From Tubiluchus corallicola (Eukaryota; Animalia; Priapulida): 64,000 bases of DNA. The stretch is from positions 1,537,173-1,601,172 of the forward strand of contig JAQGDQ010000007.1 of the NCBI GenBank assembly GCA_030141605.1, in the 5' to 3' direction. The position numbers and the translations under genes were made by a program. The notes under the pieces were generated by a model that worked only from the letters and a program-made list of their open reading frames with translations, was not told the DNA's origin and made no database searches. Positions 55,286-64,000 of this stretch are shown here, piece after piece. Numbering within the stretch: position 1 is the stretch's first letter; every line of letters starts with the position of its first letter.

Positions 55286-58200
55286 GAGAAAGTAATTTTA
55301 ATTAAATGTACAAAATGGTTCAATTGAATGTAAACACGATTATTTTGGATCACATGTCAAAAATTTTAGTACTTACTGTTGTATTTTCATATGTGGAATT
55401 TTCACTTCATTTTCATTTGTTTTTGAATCAACTAAAATTTTTGCTTTCCAAAACATAAACAACTTTTTTGCGACTTCATACAAACAGCTATGACGTTGCT
55501 TTATTTACAATAGTAACGTTGTGATTTCACTACAATATTTCACTCAGTACTTCTCTGTTCATACTGCCGGATATTTGTAACAAAACGTCTGTGTGATTTT
55601 CAGATATATACTTGTTACACAATAAACAACAACTGAAATTATTAAACATCATTTAACATGGAGCGGGGCAAGGTCATGGGAGCCTTACTGAAGCTAGCCT
55701 ATAGCTTGCCCAAAGTAGTTTGATGGTAGTTAATCGCTGACTAGATGCAGGGTGGTCTAAGTTACCGAATATGTTTCTGGCATACTGGTGAATATATAAT
55801 GATTTAAGATACTTTCCAATCATGTTAGTGTCAGTAGCATCATTAACATATTTTATTATCCCAGCAACCTCATTCGCGGCAGCAATTGCAATTCATTATC
55901 TACTCACCGTGTGAGGAAAGATTCAATCAGCTACTTGTTTTAGGGTTGTTACCCGTAACATAACCTAGAAAGCAGTTTGCACACTCCCTGTAACATGATC
56001 AGAATCGTAAAGTGCCCCGGCATGCGGAGCTCTTTGGGAAGCCATGGGATTCAACAGCACTTGGGGAAGCCAGCTTATAAAGAGTATTAAGGAAGCCAAG
56101 TTAGGACGACGCATATTGTACATAAAATTTATTATCGATGAGTTTACATAATACAGTGGCTATGTTCGCAGTGTACAATTATCATTTTAAGCATAACAAG
56201 TAGCGTGATAAAGATTTTTTAATGAAAAATAATTAGAAAGAAGCTCAAAATATTTTTTACATTATTCTGGTAAGAACTAGGAACTTTATTAGCGAATCCA
56301 TGGATTTGCAAAGAATGATTAATGAGTTATTCTCGCTATGCATGTGAAACATCAAATTATAATTAATATGCTAAGTTTAAAGCCACACCATATACGACAT
56401 AATTAATACTTTCATCTGTACTGTCTCTGTGAAACGCCCTGCACTCGGACAGTAACGATTTGTGAAGCTTAAGCTACATGCTTGTTCAAAGAAAACACAT
56501 AAGAAAGATGGTATCATTGGATAATCGTTCTTAAACACCTAGGGATGACTTCGAGATACATGAAATATCTAAAGCTGATGCATCGCGTCTTATACAGGAT
56601 GTAACTTTGTTATAATCAGAATTGTGCCAAGAAGCAGGTTGGGTTCGATCATTTTTCTGGCACTAGCTAAATATGTAGCTATATATAGTATACATCTTGT
56701 TTCTTTAGTCACGTGGATGTAAAATTCCTAGTTTCACAAAAAAAAAATGTGCCTAAAACGTATACAGTCAGCTCCAAAAACCATACTTACTCAAATTTAA
56801 GTAGCACATCCCAATGTTTCCTATTCATGTATTTTGCACAAAACACGATCGGCTGTGCGGAATTTTAAAATTAAGCTGAAACTGTTTAATAATAGACTCC
56901 CAGCTCGTTAGAACACACTCTGTGGTTAAAATGACAACCCTTTGTTTACACAGGGCTTTCCAGCAACACTCTTCCAACATCGATCAGTGGAGGTTTACAC
57001 TCATTTCCAGCTTTGAAAGCGTCCTGTCATAAAATCACTAATCATTGTTTGCCAATTGTCCGTGCATATTGCTAAGCAGAGAGATGAATAGTTAGCATAT
57101 GACAGGATCCCAGCGCTATATCTCTATTACCATAATTATCAGCAAGAGCCTGTACAGATAGTACCATATAGCCTTTGTCTACACCGCACCGACTAACGCA
57201 TCTTTCCTTTTATGGACAAGACTGGCGGATAAAATCCATAGAAGTTGTCTTTGCTTCAAACAGAAAGCATGCTTGTACCACACGTATTTGTACAAATTTC
57301 TCTGAGCACAATGCAAACACGCACGGTGCATGGTATAAGCAGGCATGAGAAGATATAATATAAGACTACTACAGCATCAATATAAATTATCACAACTATC
57401 AATGTAATATGTAATTACAATACTTATACACTCAAACCAGTTATCGTTAACTTATTTAATGAGAATCATTTAATGTTTTCTAAACCAGAGAAAATATAAA
57501 TCACCTAAATAATGACCAACAAAATACAAGTTTTGGCACATTCTCATCTCATGACTGGCAATCTTCTGTGATACTTAGTTAAATACTAATTACCTAGCTA
57601 ACTATAGCTATCTTCTTGTAGTTACAACTGCCGTAACCTCACAATCTGTAATCTTAGAAAGTCTCATTAATGCCACATAGTGTAACCAAGTGAATGAATG
57701 GCCTGCCTTGAGAACAATAGAGTTTATTATGAATTAAACAACCTGAGAGAATTTGAGGAAGCGAACCTAAAAGTTATAACTTTAACGGAGGCCTATATTA
57801 CTTGATGTCACAAGCATAAATATTGGTTAATTTTTATCAATTAGAACACTCCAGTGAATTCATCATAATTGCACATAAATGTGACACATGGATGTTTGGT
57901 GATTTTTGCGAAAGTGAAAATCTGAGCATGTGAGAACTGTTGCAGATACGGCGTACAATAAACGTCTGAAAGTATCTTATAAATTATCTTCGCTGAGTAA
58001 AGTATTTGCAGCTTTTATCAAGCTCATCCATTATGTCCCATTAGATCTCAAATCCTAAGCGCTTTCTTTACAAAGATAAACAATAAATGGCAATCGTCAA
58101 TAATAAATACACACGAGACTGATCAACTTTGTTCATCGGTTCATTATTTATTATTAAGCAAAAATCGTTTTCAGTGAAAATAAGCGGTAACGAAAATGGT

Positions 58201-58289
58201 ACTGTGTTATAAGAACTGACGAAAGTGGCTAAAACACTGTTTTTTCCGCACGCTGTAAACCCGTTAAAATATTTAAAGAATTTACAAAA

Positions 58290-58640
58290 TGTAGCTACAT
58301 GTTTCAGATTCAACAGATTTTGGTACAAAATTTTAAGCAGTTCTTGTATTTGCAAAATCACTACCCTCTATACAATAACTATTTTCAGATAATAGGTCAA
58401 CGTATTTGGAGATGCGTAAGTATGAGATTGCTGCAGGCTGCAAGAGCACTACTGACTTTGTTAAGGAGCTATAAATGATTTTTATCGGCACTCCCAAGTG
58501 CTCTAGGAGCACTCTTGCCTCTTCCACCATGCATTTACACCTGCTTCTACAACCCAAACATTGCGAAATTCTTTCATCATCTATGCACTTGACAGGCTGG
58601 ATGGCTTCATAAAGAAAGATAATTGGTTATTACACCCCCT
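58290..58640 (-). pseudogene. Decayed intronless XPG/FEN1-family (GEN1-like) nuclease fragment
   Basis: Translation GV**PIIFLYEAIQPVK...CRSRCKCMVEEARVLLEHLGVP...AAISYLRISKYVDLLSENS...SDFANTRTA/(frameshift)KILYQNL parallels the GEN1/XPG motifs PVFVxEG, RSxFKxxxxExxxxLExLGIP, AMCAYL-x4-VD and GAxxVYRN. Recognised by eye only. Confidence 0.45.
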
Positions 58641-61600
58641 CCTGTGACCTTGGGAAGGTTGTATAACGCCGATGTTACATCGGAAGTCCTCTGCCTATGA
58701 TTTACTATACGGGTCAGACTGACCAAGCAGCGTACAATGGAACTGTACAAGTAAGTGGGTATAATAACTGACATTTGTGCATTAATCTACGAAGCTAATG
58801 AACAGCAGAATCGATTTTGCGCGCAGGTTTTCTACGAGAAATGCATTCATTTTATGCAATAATCGCTCAAAGCACGTAAAGTCATTATATTGGTTTTTTG
58901 GAAGAAAAAATATAAGATGGTAAGGCAAAATAACTCTGCACACATGAAGAAGAAGTTAAAGCAAACTTTTTTCAGAAGCTTCGTAATTTGCATTAATAAA
59001 CCGAGCGTGGGGAGCCTGTGCAGCACAACGTAAAGCTACTGCCGTCTGTGAAGGAAATCTGCTTTATTTTTTATTTTCTAAATTGAATATTGGCAGATGC
59101 AGATACGTATGAAAAATATCTGAGCAGTGAGCATGTTATCCATTTTACATAATGCTGGAAGCTCAAGGTATGCGACTCGTTATGATATTCAACCAAATTA
59201 TCAAGTGCCTGAAGTCCCAATCCACCAAAATCCAAAAACAGAATACAGTGTCACGTTACTTGTTTTTTTTTGCTTCTACCAAAAGCATCTTCAAATTGAA
59301 AGCGTTAATTTAATACAAAGGCATTTGCATACAAAAGAATTTGAGACGCAGGACAGATCGCCTGGGGGTAACAGGAATTGTTTATCTTCCCCTCATTATG
59401 TTGCCCTCTTGCTAAATGCATTGCATTGCCCCACGCCAGGCTCTTTATTTGTACTATAAACATTCATCCCACAATTTAACCGTCCTTAGGCCAAATTAGA
59501 CGCTTTCGTGTGGAAAGTTGATCAATGGTTATACTACGGGGATCCACAGTTAGCATTATTTCTGCTCGTATCTGCTGGACGAAGTTAGATAGAGCTGTAC
59601 ATTGCCACAACAAAGAGACTGACAGATAAGAACAGCACTGCTGCTCCACGTAAACAAGAATAGGGAAGCCCTGCACTTCTGTTAATTTTGTCCCTGGCAG
59701 TCAATACTCACAAAAAAATTTGTAATCGTTACAGAAATCAGATATTTAAGGAGACGGTACAAGTTTTTAAACGAAGTTAGTTGTGAAGTTTTTAGGGAAC
59801 TTATCTGAACCTTACGTAAAATACGTGAACTGTACTAAAGTCTTTATGCCCTTCAGTGGTGTCCATAACTGACACCATCGGAATAGTGACTTGTTACTGG
59901 CTTGAATGTGGCCTTAATTAAGAACAAAATGGCGCATCATTTCTTCATTACTTAACAGTCAACCAACTGTATGTGGCTATACTTTTTGCACCATCTGATT
60001 GGAAAATAATTAAGCACAGGTTAAAACAACGCGGTATATTATGACTCATAGACTAAAGAATTCCACGGTTACAAAAGAGGCAGAGCCTAAGTTACTCCAT
60101 TATCTCACCTATCGCTTTACTTTTAAGTAGCTTAGACTAGATTTAATTTAGATACCGTTCTTCTGACTCAGTCAAGCTTAAGTATTGGCAAACAATACAA
60201 CCATGTGTGTATCTCGCCTAAATAATCGTAATCCAATTGTTTCTGTGTGATTGCCATAACTGCATTTAGCTGCTAATATGTACTTGATTAGCCCTTATTA
60301 TCATCGCCACCATGTGGCTACCTATAATGACTACATTAACACTGTGTATGACATTCAGACATTTTAGGTCTAGATTCAACGCAATGTGTCACCATTCAAC
60401 ATAACCGAAAATTTAGTTTCCAAAATGGTAATTAGGCAAGTCTTTTTCACTGCTAAGTTAAACATTGCTTTTAAGAAAGAATGACAGAAAGGTAAATATA
60501 ATAAAATGCATCGTAACTATTTATTTCATATAATAACTATAACTCGGACGCGAACCTCTGAATTTTCTATAGACGACCTCGTCACTTGTCTTTATAATTT
60601 GTGTGTTTAATTCAATTATTCAATTAGCTCATTTCTCTTGATTTTCTCACACCTAAGGTTTTTCTGTTTCAATATGTTGACAGAACTTTTTGTAAACTAA
60701 CTGTGTCAGCTGTTTTACATTAGCTTAAAAGTTATCTTTATAAACGTTTTCAAAAATAAAAATAAAGTACGTTAGCTAGTATTCAACATTCATCAGTGAA
60801 TGTATAGGCTCTCACACATTAACAATTTAAAGTCAAACACGATGTTGGAATAAAATTGCTAAAACATGTCAAAAACAACTTAATAACTGGTTCATATAAT
60901 ATAATGGCATGCACGTACAAAAAATGCATAAAATAATATTCTTTCATATTTTCTTAACGCAATGCAAAGTGCAAGTTATTGGTAAAAAAAACTGCAAAAT
61001 CGAACTGCATTTTATATATTAATCTGCTTGATCCGTATATCATACATTGCAAGACGTAGCATCTTGACGATGCAATACTCGTGCATGAATTAATAACAGA
61101 CTAAACTAGGCTTACCACAACAATGAGATTGCCTTCATCGTATAAAATTCCACGGAGATATCAAAGTCTTACGTAAATTAGTTTCCCGCTTTTCTCAGCA
61201 TGTTTACGCTACCCAATGCGCACTCTAGTACATGTACCACATCTATAGTCACATAGTATAGTTGCAACCATCTACGTCACCGGTGAAGATCAATCGCCTC
61301 TCTCAGCTCACAGCATCAATCACAGTGATTCCCGCTTCGTGCACCTTGGCTACGCAGATCGTTATTAGCTGCGCACGTTCTCACCGGCTAGGGGCACTTA
61401 CTGACATCCTTATTACGGGCAGCGGCAGCTTCGAATCTTAGACATAAAGTACCAGTAAACTTTAGAATCTTTAGGAAAGCAAAAGGTGGTAAAATGAAAT
61501 GTGTACTTTAATAAAGTACAACATAACATAATTTTGAGGTTACGTAATCAAGCGTAATCACTCATTTTTGGTGCTTAACTAGAAAATCAGAACCTGCTGC

Positions 61601-63354
61601 ATATCAACATAATTATTCAGCCTCACACATACGACATACACCACAAAACGCCTATTTCTGGATTTGTACTACAGAAGGAAAATAATTTTAACACACCACA
61701 GTCAAACAATTTTTATGCAAGCCAACTTGCCTACCTTGTATTATAAAGTATGTGTATATTATGTATATGTCTCATGTAATAAACTTCTGTGCTTATTTAA
61801 TGCTGTTGTATTGTTCTTCTACATATGTCATTCTACTGTATATACCAATAAATAAATTCTATATTTATTCTATATTATGCAGTTATTAGAATCATTTTCT
61901 TGCCACTGCATACATATCAAACACAACGTAGACTTTTCAAACAATTCTACATTGAATTAGCCATTTATTTATCAAATTAATGTCAATGATACAGAACAGA
62001 GCTGTAAAACATTGTGTGTCGTACACACTAATACATTATGCATGCCAAAAATAACAAATGGTTTACAGACGCCAACTCTGCACGCTATGAATTCTAGGAC
62101 CAGCAGCTGCTGTCGTAACAATAGACGCCATAGAGAATTCTCGTAGGAAAGTTATAATCAAACAAAACTAAAAAGAACCGGATACCATGTAGTACATTTC
62201 CTGATACTGACAATTATTCTCCTGACAATCTGATATGCACACTTCATAATAGAAACAAAAAATATGTTGAGTAATTATGATGATTTCTTATTATGCAAAT
62301 TAAATTTACATAATAGTAAATACATGTACTATAGTAATATTAATAATACTAATAGGTATTAGTATTACCTACTGCTGATAATAAAGATAACATTAAAATA
62401 ATTTAATTACAGTCCCTGATAAATCTGCAACAGCAAAAGCGAGTATAATTTTCATAATAAACTCTTAGCAACAGTGTTGGTCCAAGACTATCTTCACTGA
62501 AAAGCACTGCTGGGACTAAAACTGGCTTTTTATTTTGACTGCCTAACTTGGCGTCGCTTAGAGCTGCATTCAATCATATGAAAAAATAAGCCCTGATCGA
62601 CGCGGCTGAGCACAAAGGCATCGGCATGGACGCGTGGCAGACTTAATGAGGCATTCAAGCAAGCCTTACCAAACTTGGTGAATTCATTGTTTGGTGGATT
62701 ATTGAGGAACCACATAAGCTCATTTATGCCTTTGTCATATTTATATCAGGCCTATGGAGTAAAATTATTCATAAATTATTTACTGGCGTACTTCGAAACA
62801 AAGCTGCCAGCATTTTATTATTGCACTAGAAAATTAGATAAAATATAATACGCTGCTAGTTAAAATATTATTTAGCAGAACAAATATATATGTTATTTTA
62901 CAAAAACTAATCACTTCAGGTCGTTGTGTGATTTTAATCATATTAGTTGTAGTTTAAATGGTTGTGCAACAAGTCATAGAGTCAAAAATTCAATTTTCCT
63001 AAAACTGTGCGATAAATGGAAAATTAACACGTATCACGAAATTGTTGTTTATTTGTTTATTTATGGACCATGAAGCTATCAGCCTGTTATCATCAATGTT
63101 ATGTTTTAATTAAAACTGTAGAGTTAATCATAAAGAGTTCATAGCGCTTGCAAAAAATATAAAATCTTGCAATCGTTATTGATTTTAATTTAATTAATTT
63201 TTTTATTTTATTTTTTTGAAATAACACTTGCATTACAGTAGCCAAGACTTCCCTGTACTGCGCCGCTTCAAGGGGATCTAAGCCAACTCTCCCCATCTCC
63301 AAAATTTGGTTTCATGGATCTGCGCCTCACCGTGGCGCCATCTGTAATTTTAAT

Positions 63355-64000
63355 CTTAAAAGATTCTGCATATAGCAGAATCTTATTGGAAATCAACTGT
63401 TTACTATTTCCTTAATTTTGAAATCTTAATTTTTAAAACTAAAACAGCTAGAGTCACGAAACTTGCAGGGTAGACACCTGAGGATGGAGGACTATCACTA
63501 GTATAGTGATCGGTGACCTCGGATCAAAGGGTCACGGACGCTGGACATCGGACAGTTTTCCTTTGTCGCTCAATTCCTTGAGTTAAATTCAAAATTTTTT
63601 TCACAGATATTTAGGTCCTGTCGGTGCACTAAGTATTTTTCGGAAATTGGAGTCTAGGAAAGTTCTGAATTAGGAGCCAAAATGTGAAATCGTTTTGTCG
63701 ATCAACTCCTCTTACAGTATTGGACTAGGAGTCAATATTTATACATGCGTGGCTAGGCAGGAGGAGGGAATAGATGTGCATATAGTTCGAAAAGGATTTT
63801 CCAAAAGCGGGCGTGATCTAGTCACGTGACATGGGCGAAAGTATTAACATGTGGCCTAGTTAACTCCATAAGACCTTGAATTACGAAACTTGCAGGGTAG
63901 GCGCTTAATATAGGTAGGCAGAAAACAGTGCAAGAATGGCGAATTCTAGGACAAAGATCACAGGGGCAGGACCCAAAATGTGAAAATTAGGGCAAATGAC
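63355..64000 (+). mobile_element. Helentron/HINE-like element with internal tandem units (runs off the right edge)
   Basis: Hairpin AAGATTCTGC-ATATA-GCAGAATCTT at 63360-63384. Repeated blocks ACGAAACTTGCAGGGTAG (about 63456 and 63883) and CCAAAATGTGAAA (about 63677 and 63973). Homologous to 2440-2765. Confidence 0.55.

Noticed and set aside
53860-56110. Faint RT-like peptides (FGLR on the minus strand near 54140; GGL near 55750) and similar LINE-like traces at 9560-10270 and 18500-18745
   Set aside because: Probably old retroelement debris, but too degraded to delimit or classify by eye.

Overview
AT-rich, intron-rich invertebrate animal genomic DNA, not prokaryotic; most short ORFs in the supplied track are spurious or are exon fragments. 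I assembled five protein-coding genes by hand from GT-AG splice sites. They are: the 5' half of a white-type ABCG half-transporter (- strand, running off the left edge), proteasome subunit beta-3 PSMB3 (-, 205 aa), MOB4/phocein (+, 222 aa), a cyclic-nucleotide-gated channel beta subunit (+, 20 coding exons, about 1061 aa) and a type-I transmembrane LRR protein with a single coding exon (-, 601 aa). Introns and the gene-free right 17 kb hold non-autonomous DNA transposons (Kolobok-, pogo-, PIF/Harbinger-, piggyBac- and Helentron/HINE-like), SINE/LINE relics and microsatellites. The most notable observations are a long imperfect inverted repeat bracketing the MOB4 promoter and first exon that appears to mirror its 5' splice site towards the divergent PSMB3 gene, an apparent 8-nt start-codon exon in PSMB3, splice acceptors just upstream of the ATG in four of five genes, a cluster of RFX X-boxes in a CNGB intron, and an intronless decayed GEN1/XPG-family nuclease relic. 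I found no clearly new multi-gene system; the hypotheses below need RNA or comparative data.
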